Shown here: piece after piece, positions 14,030 to 27,570 of the stretch
How positions within the stretch are numbered: position 1 is the first letter of the stretch
How the letters are laid out: the number at the start of each line of letters is the position of its first letter
DNA from: Harriotta raleighana
Taxonomy: Eukaryota
Length of the DNA: 64,000 bases
NCBI GenBank assembly: GCA_050575255.1
Contig: JBNZDD010013632.1
Location: 2,685,122-2,749,121, forward strand
Direction: 5' to 3'
Made by a program: the position numbers and the translations under genes
Notes under the pieces: generated by a model
Seen by the model: only the letters and a program-made list of their open reading frames with translations
Databases searched by the model: none
What the model was told of the DNA's origin: nothing

Positions 14030-14200
14030 TTACATAAGAAGATAGAAACTGGAGTAGACCATTCAATCTATTGAGCCTGCTCCATTATTTTTTTTAAAAT
14101 CTGTGACTTAAATAATTTATCTGCCCTTTCACCATATTCCTTGATATTTACACATACCACATAGTTATCTATCTCTCTCTTACATATTTCAGTTGACCCA
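14030..14200 (-). mobile_element. Old CR1-type LINE 3' end
   Basis: acataagaagatagaaactggagtagaccattcaatctattgagcctgctccatt parallels the copy at 6204-6386. Confidence 0.55.
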
Positions 14201-14224
14201 ATGTATAATAATGTAATAATACAA

Positions 14225-14366
14225 ATCAAATTGCATTTGATATACTGTAGCACCTTATCATGTCTTTGAGATGTTTTAAAGCACTTCACAAAATACAATG
14301 TGACGTGAATCAACTGTATATTTTGTGGGTGAAACATGGCAACCAATTGCGCATGGCAGCATCCAC
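14225..14366 (-). mobile_element. SINE 3' half, diverged
   Basis: aaagcacttcaca...gtgggtgaaacatggcaaccaattgcgcatggcag. Confidence 0.65.
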
Positions 14367-14695
14367 ATTAAAAATGGACAGATCATTTGATGTTTCATAT
14401 TTGAATGCTAAAAGGGAATACATCGAGGTGACTGTGAAGATGTTTTTTGTGATAAGCCAAAATAAATGAAATATAGAGCATTATTATAAGATAAGGAAAT
14501 GCTAAGCTAACGCATAACTGAGGAGCAGTGGCAAACTTTGAATTGCAGTCTAGCAAATAGACTGCTACATAGAAAAGTGAGGGCAGATGAGTCTGAAACA
14601 TTCAGAAAAGATTCTCAGTACAGATTTGGGACTGACATTTAAATATTGACCTAAACAACTGCAAACAGCATGTTCTTGATCCTTCCTTTTCATAT

Positions 14696-15010
14696 GTAGA
14701 GTCATGTACCTCAGTGGTTAGAGCACTTGCCTTGCAAACAAAAGATCTGGGTTTGATTCCCGGCAGGGCGAACCCTTGAGAAAGTCTCCTTACTCCACAT
14801 GTGTGGTAACAATCCATCAACAACAAAAAAAGAATAAATTGGTTACTTCAATCCGTGACTAGTTGTGCGCCATTGCTGTGGACATTGGCTGCCATGTTTC
14901 GCCCACAAATATAAAATGGATTCACTGTACAGTAAATGCTGCGAAGTTCTTTGAGGTGTCTAGAAGATGTGAAAAATGTGATATCAAATGTAAGGATTAT
15001 TGTTATTATA
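14696..15010 (+). mobile_element. tRNA-derived SINE, full length
   Basis: Head ctcagtggttagagcacttgcc...gggtttgattcccggcaggg and tail tcaaatgtaaggattattgttatt; colinear with 8300-8613. Confidence 0.88.
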
Positions 15011-18000
15011 TACGGATGTAATAACAATGGTATAGGATCTTAACAAGGCTAAATGATTATTTTGTCCAGAAGTGACATTGCATTCTAGTTATCAGGCCAC
15101 TGAAAAAGAGCTTTAGAACTTGTAATCTTATGCATCCTTCACAATCGTGAAAGAATAGAAGCATCAGGCCACATGTCCAATATCCTGCAGTTTGTTTGTA
15201 ATTAAATTTTTGTTTGACATTTGATATCAGATTTGAATCAGTAAGTTAGTTGTCATCATTAAGCAGTTCAGTACTCCAGGCAAATACTTCACAACAAACA
15301 CCATTAGGGTAGTCACATTGTAACCCAGTTGATCAAAATATATGTGATTTCCTTTAGATGCAGATTTGCCTGTGGCATGAATATCATCTTCAAATTATAA
15401 TTTGCTGAGGTTATGTTGGCATTAAATTGCTCTGCCATCATCACGTTCTAAAGCAAGTGAAGTGTTTGTTTTTTTAAGTTGAGAGTGATTGGGGGAAGCC
15501 ACGGTGTGCGCTAGAGGATAACAATAAAATGATGAGCATACAAAAGATAGTTTTGTTGTGGAATATAGAAAGCACTAATTTGTGCAGCATCTATGCTTTT
15601 GCAACATATTCTTGCAATGTAATTACAAGAGTTTGAGATAAAATTCCATCTGGTCTAGATTTAAAGAAACATTTAGAATATCCAAAATTTGGCCAATTGT
15701 TGCATTTATTCTTAACTTTGATATAGGCTTTCTGTAGTCCTCAAAATACCTTATAGGTAGTCACTTTCAAAATTAAGGCTGCAATAGACAATTTACCAAA
15801 TGCTGAATACTCAGAAATGTTACGTAAACAGAGAAAATACAGACTCCGGTGGAATTTCTACCCATAAACCAAAGAATTATTAAAGACACAGTTGGGAAGT
15901 TGACAGTATGTGAAAAACTGCTTATTGTGCTCAAATTATTGCACCATCGTGGAAAAGTAGAAAACTCGAAGATTGATTTGTTGTTTGAGACATCCTCACG
16001 TTGCTATTCAAATGCAAGTTGTTTCAATAATTCTTGCCTTTGATACAGTGCCTTTTTAAGTTTGATATAAGAAAAAACCTGCTGAAAGCAGAATAGCTGA
16101 CAGAATACTGAAATATACACAAAATAGAACTGAGAAAGATATATTCAAATTGCAGAGATTAGAGATTTTTTTTTAAAAACCTTTAAAAAGATACAGCTTT
16201 TCTGAGAGAAAGTAAAAGCAGAGATAGCCAGAAAGAATAATGGAGATAACAATGTCAAAATCTGTCATGGTAAGGGAGATAAAATGAAACAAAAGAGGAA
16301 TGGTATCCGCAGATAGAAAACTTTGGAATTTGACACATTTTTACTTGAAACACTTAAACTACATGTGGGACAAAGAAAGTTAACTTTGAGCAAGAAAATA
16401 ATGACCCTTTTTAAAAAAAAAAAGAAAGGTAGATAACCAGTATTAGATAGAATCCTGTCAAGCAACATGTTAGAGAAAAAAGAGCTAGAGAGAGTAATTA
16501 TCTCAGATTCCAAAAATATTCTGAGAACACATGAAAAGGAAAAGAGACACCAAACAAAAATAAAAGTAATCAAATGACAAGTAGATGGAAAATGCAGAGG
16601 AAGACTGAAGGATCAAAGCAATTCTGGAGAGAAATCTTAAGGTTATCTCACTAAGGCAACTAATTTGTTACTTATGGAAAGGTCTGACAGAAGGCATTTT
16701 AATAATTTTGAATTCTAATGATGATAAGGCTTAATGAAAAAGAAAAAAAGACATCCAAGCAGAGTAGATGTGATTCAAAAGCTGAGATGAAGCCATCTGC
16801 AAAATTACGCTTTTTAAATTTTTTGTACTCCCCCTAATAAAAAGCAAGGACCAAAGTCATTCATCAGTGATTTAAATCTTCGGGCAGCATTACATTCTTG
16901 AAGAATGGATTTGAATAAGAAATTGATCTATGAGAAACATGAGAGGGATTGGAAGTAGGGTGAAAGTATAGCAGAAACAAGCTTCCTATGTTTGTCAGAG
17001 ACTGAATAAAACTATCANAACATGAGAGGGATTGGAAGTAGGGTGAAAGCATAGCAGAAACAAGCTTCCTATGTTTGTCAGAGACTGAATAAAACTATCA
17101 AAGTATTAAAAGGATCACCAATTACAGGCTAATGGTGAAAAGAAAAACTAAATATACTATATTACAACATTGAGAGAGAAACAGGATCTTATTTGGAATC
17201 AATTATCATGCCCAAACCAGAAGTTGAAACACCAACACTTGAAGTGGATCAATTCAAGGGAAAAACTCACATATGTTGTAGCAGAAGGTTTGATCATTTT
17301 GATCACAAGGGAAGGGTGAAAAGGCAATATTGCCATTAAAAATAAAGNGATATGTTGTAGCAGAAGGTTTGATCACTTTGATCACAAGGGAAGGGTGAAA
17401 AGGCAATATTGCCATTAAAAATAAAGGACACATCAAAACAGAACTGTGGAAAATCCTTAATTTCAGCCTTAACGTGCTAGCCAGCTTTTCACTGTTCTTG
17501 AAAAGACCCATCCTCCAAATTGACACTGAACTCAGAATTCTAATCGAATTTTGCCACAATTGTCTTGCAGCCTTAAAACTAGATGAAATCACAGTCTAAA
17601 ATTGGATTAACTACACTTCTGGATTTCTAATGTACTTTCATGTTCTTGCTGTTATTCTGTATCTGGGCCCTGCCTTCCACCTAAATGAGAAAACATATCT
17701 TAAGGGTTAGGTTCATTTTGTCATGCTCTACAGAAGGCAGCGGATGAGAGATAGAAAATGAGATGAATGGTGGTATTCTTTATGAAAGGCTTCTTCAGTA
17801 GCAGTCTCTGAAGGACTTCCTTGCTCATAGTAAATATATATATCTGTTTTATACAAATCCCTGAAAGACAATGATTTGTTTGGTAGGTTAACACTCAGCT
17901 AGCCATGTTAGCAGTCAAAGGGCTAGGCTTAGTATGACAATTGTACATTTCTGAACAAACAGAGCCAAATAAACGGTTGGTGCATCTATTTTTACGTCAA

Positions 18001-18129
18001 TTTCAATTTCACTTATTTTTCCTTCTCAAATGATTTTGCTTCAGGAGGTCTCCCCACAAAACACACCATCTCCAGGAGACAGAAAACACAGTTACTTAAA
18101 AGACAAAGAAATAAGGTATGTAACCTAAC

Positions 18130-18341
18130 CGTGAGTTGGTGTTTTCTCTCTTCTTCTGACTCCTGTTGCTCTCCCTCTTTCATATTCAGACGTCATGGGC
18201 AATCCTTCTCCTTCAATTAGTGTGTAATATTTCCCACTTTCATGGTCAAGAAAGTAGCTGGAAGACTCAGAGCCTTTGATGCCAGGTTTTCCCATCCCGT
18301 ACTTGCCAATGTCTTCACATGGCAAAATCCCCATTTCATCC
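18130..18341 (-). CDS. CNKSR2: CNKSR2-type exon (equivalent to exon 11, DUF1170 region)
   Basis: tttaag|GGATGAA...CTCACG|gttagg; 212 nt. DEMGILPCEDIGKYGMGKPGIKGSESSSYFLDHESGK...EYERGR...RREKTPTH(G) (ORF 18125..18379). Confidence 0.92.
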
Positions 18342-18526
18342 CTTAAATAAGGACAGAAAAGATTTGTTGAATTTAACAATGGTAAATATTTCTATTGTCT
18401 TTGTAGGTGAAAAGGCATGCACTTGAAGAAAAATGGACAAGATTTTTTTTTAAAGAAAACAAGAATGACGTAGAGAATTGATTTGTGTTTCACAAAGAGC
18501 AGGAAATGACTGCTTTGAAGATTTAC

Positions 18527-18660
18527 CTGGGACCATAGATTCCTGAAAGGGGGGATAGAATAAAAACATCATGGAGTGTTGAGCTGTCATACTTTGATGA
18601 CATGCCAATGGTGCTTGTTGGTGTTATGGAGTTGCTTGTAGGACTTGTTGGAATAACTGG
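18527..18660 (-). CDS. CNKSR2: CNKSR2-type exon (equivalent to exon 10, Ser/Thr/Pro-rich)
   Basis: ctccag|CCAGTT...CCCAG|gtaaat; 134 nt. PVIPTSPTSNSITPTSTIGMSSKYDSSTLHDVFILSPLSGIYGP(R), colinear with CNKSR2 PLIPRSPTSS...YIPR; phases fit both neighbours. Confidence 0.9.
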
Positions 18661-19062
18661 CTGGAGAAGATGAAAGAAATGTACAATTACTGCCAGATAC
18701 AAATTGCTTCATGGTGTATATACCATTACACAGTAACACATTACAGAAAAGCCCCTTACAATTCATTCTGTTATAATTCTGGTTAATTTATAATGTAACC
18801 GGGTTGCAGACTTTTCCTTTTTTTAAAGAAAACATGAAAATCGAAAATGTGTCATCCTTATCCCATCTCTGTGTAGAAAAGATTGTCTTGTGCTTGTGAG
18901 GCCAGGAGAGCAACAGTTCCTGCATGCTGTGCACATGTGCTGAGTGCTGGATATGATATGGTATGAGTTTGATACGAGTTTGTGCATATTCGGCACATAA
19001 GAAGAAATACTAGCTGCAATCTGCTAATCTTCAATGTCATCCATTTTATTATGCAGGGTTCG

Positions 19063-19086
19063 CGTGTGTGTGTGTGTGTGTGTGTG
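19063..19086. repeat. (GT)n microsatellite
   Basis: About 11-12 consecutive gt units. Confidence 0.9.
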
Positions 19087-19665
19087 GGGTTATGATAAAG
19101 GGTTTGAGAGACTGGATCCAGATAATGTGTTGTAAAGGGATTTCACTATACTGTACTTTGTTCAGGAGCTGCTTAGGGTGATTGATAAAATATGTTCTCT
19201 ATCAGTAAGAATAGAACCTCTTTTCTGGCTCTTTAGAATTCTAAATAGTATATTTGTCAACCATTGTTATTAAATTATAAATATAGCAAATTAAATTTAC
19301 TGTAAATTTGGGGGTGATTCAGTGACGTAAAATTCATTAATTTACCTCTTGGTACTAGGTACACATTAAATGAAATACCAGACTTCCCTTTTCTGCTGTC
19401 TATATAGGGGATCAAGATCAATAACAACAACCACAAAAGTACCTTTATAGAGAAGCTTTCACATTGGGATGACATCCCAAGATGCTGAAAGATTAAATAA
19501 CTTGGAACAGTCTAATCCTGTATTTTATTTTAAAGAAATTACAAAAGTGATGCCCATTGTATACCTTTGGTTTCCTGAAGGAAAACTAAAGCATGATCTA
19601 ATTTTCTCACCTGTTGCAGCAGTATTAGGAATTTTTACGCAACAAGTCCCAGACAATACTCTTTA

Positions 19666-20048
19666 CAGTAAAACCCTGTTTATCTGTGTCCCGATCAACT
19701 GGATTGCTCGACCCCCTCCCGGGGCAATTCCCCATTACAGCAATCACGAGTTTGCTCACTTTGCACATGCGAGCAATGCGTGCGCATGCACACTTATTAA
19801 ACTTACAAACTTGGGGGTTTTACAATGGGGGTTTTTAAAATGCTTTTTCACTGATCTTTTTACCGAGTGTGTTGGAATGCTTTATTGGTAAGTATCCATA
19901 CAATATTCTGTTACTATTTAGTCTATTATTAACATGGTATATTTTAAAATAAGTCAATTTTTAATGTTGGGTTTTCACCTGTTTATCCAGCACAATTAGT
20001 TGACCACCTCTCCCCCCCCCAGGGTGCCGGAAAAACGAGATTTTACTG
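19666..20048. mobile_element. MITE family A (Tc1/mariner-pogo/Tigger type)
   Basis: TA|CAGTAAAACCCTGTTTATC ... GAAAAACGAGATTTTACTG|TA: imperfect terminal inverted repeats, TA target duplication, no coding capacity. Homologous inverted copy at 42214-42610. Confidence 0.88.
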
Positions 20049-22125
20049 TATATAGCAATATACTGTTCAAAGCACATTTTCTATTTTTCCAACAACCATC
20101 TAATTTCTCTACATTTCCCTTCTTTGCTACTGTGGACAAGTGTATCGATACGGAAGTTGATATTTTCACACAAAGCAACATTTCAGTCATTATTGTGGCC
20201 AGGGAACTTGTCTTTGTTCTACAATGTACCAAATAATAATAAAACGTAAAGGCAACAAAATTGAAACCTGAAACACTTGAGATCATTGGGTGCTCGATTT
20301 CCTTTTCCCAATTATTGATGAGAATGACCATCTCATGGGGATTTCATGATTTAAATATATCTTGATTATTTTAAGCATGATGATGGATTTCCGCATGTGC
20401 CAGACATTCGGCTGACCACATCACCCCACAAAAATACCATCTCTCGATGTGTGAAAGATATCTACATGTGGGGCAGTGTGAGTGGCTGCTGGTAATTCCA
20501 CGCCCAGGCAACCTGGGTAAATTGCAAGTACGATGCTTAATTCTGCGGAATTGCACACCTCTTATAATTTGGATCAATGTGTAATTCATTTAAAACTGTT
20601 ATAGAATTGATCACAGCCAACAGATTAATTTTTACTTCAGAAATTATGTTGCATCATGCTTGAATCCAGCATGATTAATCTGTGAAAAACAAATGACCTG
20701 AGACACATCAATCTACAATTTGAAGCTTTGCAAAACATACATTAAAAAAAGTTTGCTATTATTATAGTTCTTTAGTAATCATTTATACTTGTAAATTGTC
20801 GGAAGCAAATAATTTAATCTGTGAGTTTAAAACTGGAATAAATATTGATAATAAATGGTATAATTAAAGCCGAAGGAATCACCACACACGTATATATTAT
20901 GATTGATTCCAATGAGTCAAATCAATGAGTAATATCACTATGAATCATAGAAAGTTACGTAAATAAAAGCTTTATAAAATCTAAGGTTAGCTTAATATAG
21001 TTTTTTGAGTTTTCAGTTTACATTTGCTACTGCTACTAGATAAAGTGAAAACAGATTAATCATACAATTGTATTTTTGAATTATGAATATAAAATGAGTG
21101 TTGAATAAGCCACCCACATTGGTGGCCATCAGTTTATTCAACTTCTTCCAAATACCTGACCTTTGTTTTGCTACAGCAGCGGAAATCCCAATTTTACATC
21201 AATAAGTGAAAGTCAGTGAATGCTAGCATAGTGCTGGGAAGGTGACATTTATATGGAGACGAGGAAACAGGAAAATGCTCAGAATTGGCCCCTCAATATT
21301 TTTATATTAAATGATACACACTTCAGCACAGAAGAAACCATTGTGCCTGTGGTGAAGCTTTAGCAAGAAAAGACATTGAGTATCTATTTAAAGTGAGTGG
21401 TCAGATCATCACCATTTGACAGTGTTAAATTAATCCATTGTACGATGGCTGCACTCGTTACTACTGAAGCATGGTTTACATATGCATTACTGAACATGGC
21501 AGAGTTCCGTAAATGAAGACTGTATGAAGATGAACGAGATTAAATGAGACCCCAGGGAATCATGACCTGAGTTCTTCAGTTCAAGAAAATATTTTTAATA
21601 TATATTTTAGTCTTTAGGATCATAAAATTGTTCCACAGCCTAAAGGCAAATGAATGAGTTATTAAATGCATCAATTTACTCTGCTGCTATTGAAATGTGT
21701 GCCAAAATGGGCTCAACTCAAATTATCCTTAAGATCTTGGATAATCTAAAAGTGCGTTTAAATGGCATGAAAATGCAACAGTATGTGGTGTAATAGTAAT
21801 TCAGCAAAGATATGTAGCTTACAGGCTAGAGGCAGACTCTTGGAGGTCAAGTCTTCACTCATTATCAGCCATAAATAACAAAAAGAATCGTAACTTTAGC
21901 TTTTGATAGATGAATCACTTGATTCATTAAAACACTGACAGAAATTACCATATATTTCTCAAATATTTGTAACCGAGAACACAAAGAATAAAGGTTAAGT
22001 GTTGACCGTTGATCTGCATTTCAAATGAAATAGAAAGTCCTGTCTAAAAATAGATTACATGCAAGGAATCCTTCGTAATTGGTTACCATGGCACATTTAA
22101 CAAACCATTTAGCCTTTTGTGTTCA

Positions 22126-22371
<246 letters not shown>

Positions 22372-23075
22372 CTAAGACCCCAAATAAAATATTATTCCAT
22401 TTTCTCCAAAAAGATTTTCGGAGAAAAATAAAAGCAGTAACAATTTAAGATTCGTGCAGGTGAATAAAAGGTACATGTAATTTCAGACCTTCTGCCTCCT
22501 GCACAACCGACAATAGATTTGCCCATGAATGAATGTTGCACAACAATACAGAGTTAACGAATTCAATCAATATCATGTCACTAAAAATAGACTGCAAGGA
22601 ATGGTCACTATTGTGTAAATGATTCATAATGAGCAGCACAATGCTGCACAGTGTAAAGGCATCAGAGTGACAGCAGATGAGCTAACTGACATGTTACAAT
22701 GAGCTGCAAGATCCAAACTGAATCTGGTGTCAAAACAATAGTGAAGGTGAACTCAAGATGGCAGGGATGGGGAGAGAGAAAAACCCTATGCTGTGTTTAT
22801 AGATCACCTATGGCACTGACCTGTTACAATTTTGGCAGCGATTCTGCACCAAACAAGTGATATAAACGGGGATTGTTGTAGTGTGAATAACACTGGAGCT
22901 CTACTCCTGACACCACTTGGAGGAGGTGGTTTCAGAGCAATTCACACCCAATTTAAAACTGGGAATGCTGAACTAATTGTCGTTTCGTAATGTAAATGCA
23001 AAGACATTGATACAAATTGAATCTTTAACAATGGAGAAAAACAAAGTGTTTGTCCATATGCACAAAACAACATTA

Positions 23076-23345
23076 ACAACAACAACAAATTACATTTGTA
23101 TAGCGTCCTTCACGTCGGAAAGACATCCCAGGGCGCTGGATGGACAGTCCGGGATTTTTGGACCCGAGCTCGGAGTTGGGGTAAGGAGGGGTGAAGGGCA
23201 TGGGGGTTTGGGGTTGGGAGGGTGACCGAAGGCACAGTCAAGGAGAGAGATCTTTAGACGGAACTTGAAGGAGGCAAGAGAGAGGATTTTGCTGAACATT
23301 GCGGATAGAGTTCCAAAGTGTGGGGGCAGAGATGCTGAATGCGAG
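23076..23345 (-). mobile_element. L2-type LINE 3' end
   Basis: (aac)n tail then aattacatttgtatagcgtccttcacgtcgg; the minus frame includes SLASFKFRLKISL, like an L2 ORF2 C-terminus. Colinear with 26997-27570. Confidence 0.75.
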
Positions 23346-25004
23346 ACCAACAAAACTCCAAAATAAGGTTCAAAGAAAATGCAAAATACCAACTGCAGAA
23401 GCTGGAAATTAGATACATGTATCTACAATTATCATTATACTAATATATTTTTTTTTACACACACAGCTTACAAACCAAATAACAATCCTGCTATATCATC
23501 AACATAATATCACAGTTTGGAGTTGCGCCAATTTGATTTACAGTATTTGTACTACATCTAAACTGTAATCTATTCCCATTTCCCAGGTAACTTTCAGGAA
23601 ACCGACAAACATGACAAACAAACATGCTCATATCATCATTGGAGTTTACCACATGGATGGTTTGCCAACTAGCTGATTAGAACATTGATTGCTTATCTAT
23701 TTAATAATAAGATGCAGTATAGACTATTAAATGTAAACAATTGGCACAATAAACATGCATTTAGAAAGTTCTCCAGTTATTCTGATTCTTATATGAATTC
23801 AGTCTGCTTAAATTGTATTTTATTCACACAAAGAATTATTGATTGTATAATGTAGGAACCTAGCAATGCAAATCAATAGATGTTTTTCTTTCATCATCTG
23901 AGACTCAATAAATGAAGAAGGCTGCATCCACAACAGAAAAGCATGTTGTTACTTTTAGGTGGTATTGATTTACAGTTTTCTATTTAGCACATTTAAAGAT
24001 AATCCTTTCTTTTGATATAACACATTTTACAATAGGAGGATATCTCAAAATGCTTCACAGGATTTAATAACAATAATAATAATCATCCTTGCATTTGAGA
24101 AAGAGCCTTTGAGCGGCTTAACAAAAATGGTAATTTAGGTTTTCCTATGAAATCTCCAAAATGATCGGGGAAAATAGAAAATCAGTGGAATGTTAAGCAC
24201 TCTGAGACTGTAACAAATGAATGGCCCTATATAAATCCAAGTGTTGCTCTTATGTTACCACGTTGCAATGGATGGACCGGCATCACATTTAGGGAGCACA
24301 GAATGAGAAATGTTGAATATAGAGTACGATTTTATGCTACATATTAATGCTCGCTGCCTCTGTCAGAGTTCATGATTTGATTAATCTTTCCACTATTTAC
24401 ATTCATTGAATTATCACCATATATAGCATTCTGTTGGGCTTCTTGCCACATCAAAGTTCTGTTCAGTTCCAGCTGTTAAGTCCCACAGCAGTCATGGATT
24501 TGAAAGAACTGTATACCACTTTACATTATTAATGAGAGGAAGATGTAACCATGGCAACTAAAATCACTGCACAGAAAGAATCGCTGAGTTGTGACTTGAC
24601 AGTTCAGTGGAGAATTGTGGGATACTCCATGCATAATACATAGAACAATCTTGTTTCAGTACGTCAAGGTATCGCAACTTCCTTCAACAAAAAAAAGGCT
24701 GTAATTGTATTTAAAAGGTGTTCCTGTTCATTAGCTTTCATCATCTTTCTCCCCAAAGCTGACTCAAAGCACGAGGCATTAAACTCTCTGAGCACAAGGA
24801 AACAGTGCTCATTACTAGAGTTTTGTTAGAATCAGTTAATTTGAAAAGATCATGATCACAAAAATATAAAGCAAAAAAAAAAAATCGCAAAATCCCTTGT
24901 GATGGAGACACTGCCCATGAAGAGCGGACATTTGCAGGTTCAGATCATGCAGGGCATGACCTATGTGTCATTGTAGCACACAATGTGTTAAACTATTGGG
25001 ATAC

Positions 25005-25235
25005 TACAAATGTCCTGGGTTAGAGAAGGGGAAATCATCTAGTATTACTGCTCCTGATCACTACTTTTGCTAGAACTTCAACATGTGGGGACTTCAGATG
25101 AAGGCAGGATTGGCCTGTCTGAGATGCCCTCTATGACTGAATAGCCTACTAATCCTGACTCAAAACTCAAACATGAATGGCTACTTGATGAGGAACTGGA
25201 GGATGTCTGTCACCAGAAGAACCTTACGCCAGGTA
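25005..25235 (+). mobile_element. Ancient SINE-like repeat, degraded
   Basis: Motifs gtcctgggttagagaaggggaaatca..ctgctcctgatc, gaatagcct and tgaggaactggagg recur in similar order at about 41375-41600. Family not named with certainty. Confidence 0.4.
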
Positions 25236-26309
25236 ATGTGAAAAGCAGGAAGGGATTACAGTTCTGAGGATAACGGAAAGAAACGGAACTGGGTCTTTGT
25301 TGTTGTGAATACAATAGTTTTCCCCTTTGTTCCCAACTTCACCTTGATGCATGTAGCCTAGCTACAGCTAGCTTTCACACCTTGTTATACTTAAGAAGCT
25401 GTCATGAGTCAAGCACATTGAATCACATTTCCTTAACATTGGCCAGGTTGTATTTGTTACAGTCTGCGTAACAGATTTACAGTCTGTTACACAGTCAGTG
25501 AAACAAGAGTCTGCTGGCCGAGAGAAGAACACAGATCTGTGCTGGTAAGTGGTTAGGGAAAATGTAATCAGCTATCATGCTTTCATTATTTACATTGGAC
25601 TCAGCTGTTGTGCCAACTCCAGCTGTTATACTAGAGTTGACCCAGTCCCATGCCTCTTAACTTGGTGGTACACACTAGAGGTGGAGAACTGAATCTGAAA
25701 CGATTATAACACAGGCATTAGAAGTAGTTGAGAGATCCTTCAAGCTAGATTGTTTCAAATCCAAGATCACAAGCCTATCCTTGAATGCGTCAATGTGGTA
25801 TTTTCATATGATACCCCAATCATTTTGGATGAGATAAGCAATTAGTAATTATGGGCAATTTTGTTGTGTAGGTAAGGAAATAAAGTGAGACTTTGAATCA
25901 TTAATATTTAGGAAGATGGGAGTCTTCATTCCATTCAAACCCAGACCAAGAAATAAATAGTCTTAATATCCTAGGTCTTTCCAACTAGAATAGAATATTA
26001 GAGTGCTAACACTCCAAGTAATATAGTAAAAATCTAACAGAATTACATTACACAAATATAATCTAAACTCTGGCAAGAATTCAGCTTGGATGTGTACTAA
26101 ATCAAAATTACAAGATGCTATGGGAAAAGGGAATGAAAACCATATGATGTAATTTTTTAATAACACTTTACATTGAAAGAGAACATTAAAATTGGCTAAT
26201 GATGTTGTGGAATAAGCATTGAGATAGTATAAATATTTAATAGGTATTGTACAGTTGAGGTTTAGACTAGAGCTGTAAATTCATACTAAGACTTTCATAC
26301 TTTCAATTA

Positions 26310-26927
26310 CAATAAAAGCCTGTTTATCCGGCACCCATGGGATCTGGCCAGTGGCGGTTAGATGGTTTTCCGGTTGAACTTTAAAAAAAAAAGTCAAATT
26401 TCAAATTATTTTAACACATACCATATTAATAATAGACTAAATAATAACAGATAATAACAATATTGTATGGGTATTTTATTGTAAATGTTGTACACTGTAC
26501 CATATAAATAAGAGTAAATACAGTAATAACAGATACTGAAAAAACAGAATATTGTATGGCTACTTTATTGTGAATGTTGAACAATACTATATAAATAATA
26601 GACTAAATACACTAATAACAAATACTATAATAACAGAATATTGTATTAGTACCTTATTATTTATACTTAACTTCGCAATGGCGACCCCCACGGAGGAAAA
26701 CAAAATGGCAGTATTGGGACTTTTAAAGGGAGCAGGAGCGAGTTTAGACTTGACTAGCGGCCAGCCGAGAATCTGCACCAGTACTCGCGTGCGACAATCG
26801 ATTCATTAAATGCGTCATCATTATGCTGCTGGATAACTTCCGGTTTATCGAATCAGGACTTTTTTTTGAGGTGCTGGTTCGACGGGGTTTCCGGTTCATC
26901 GAGTCACAGATAAACGGGCTTTTACTA
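26310..26927. mobile_element. MITE family B (pogo/Tigger type) with internal AT-rich expansion
   Basis: TA|CAATAAAAGCCTGTTTATCC ... GATAAACGGGCTTTTACTA|TA. Homologous inverted copy at 54592-55042. Confidence 0.85.
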
Positions 26928-26996
26928 TACAAGGATAATCATGTGAATTTTTACTCAATCACTGTGGTTGATTGTGGCTTTTTAAGGAAATGTTAA

Positions 26997-27570
26997 AAAC
27001 AACAACAGAATTATACTTGTATAGCACCTTTCATGTCAGGAGGACTTCCCAAGGTGCTGGGCAGTCATTGTTTCAGACACAAGCTGGGGTCGGGGATGGG
27101 GAAGGTGGAGAGAAAGGGAGGGATTTAGGGTGACCGATGGGACCTTCAAAAAGGAGGGTCTTGAGGTGGGACTTGAAGGAGGTCAGGTGAATGCGAGGCA
27201 GAGGGACTGCAAATGAGGGTTTCAGTGGTCTGGGGTTGACATAAATATTGTCGGACAATATTGAGGAGGTGAGGGAAGGCATAGTGGGTCATTGCTTGGA
27301 AGTGGGGGAGAAAAGACAGTTCAGAATTGAACAAGACACCTAGGATCCTAACTGGCTTGGTGAGGTTGAGTGTGCAAACATGGAGGTTGCCAGTGCCTGT
27401 TGAATGAAGGCGCTGACATGAGCCAATCAGGAATGTCTCAGTCTTGTTGACATTCAACTGTGGAAAGTTAGCTCTCATCCAGGACTTGATGTCTGACAGG
27501 CAGTCTGTCAGGACAGTGGTGGTCCTGGATTCAAGGGTAGAGGCAGAAAAATAGAGTTGTGTGTTATCCG
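26997..27570 (-). mobile_element. L2-type LINE 3' fragment with degraded reverse transcriptase
   Basis: ORF 27146..27601 contains TDNTQLYFS (decayed YADDTQLY), CLSDIKSWM..N..QLNVNKTE and ILGVLFNSELSF. A second frame gives LTSFKSHLKTLLF; (aac)n tail at the left end. Frameshifted and internally deleted. Confidence 0.88.

Noticed and set aside
16936-17426. Apparent tandem duplications
   Set aside because: Each is centred on a single N, so most likely assembly overlap rather than biology.
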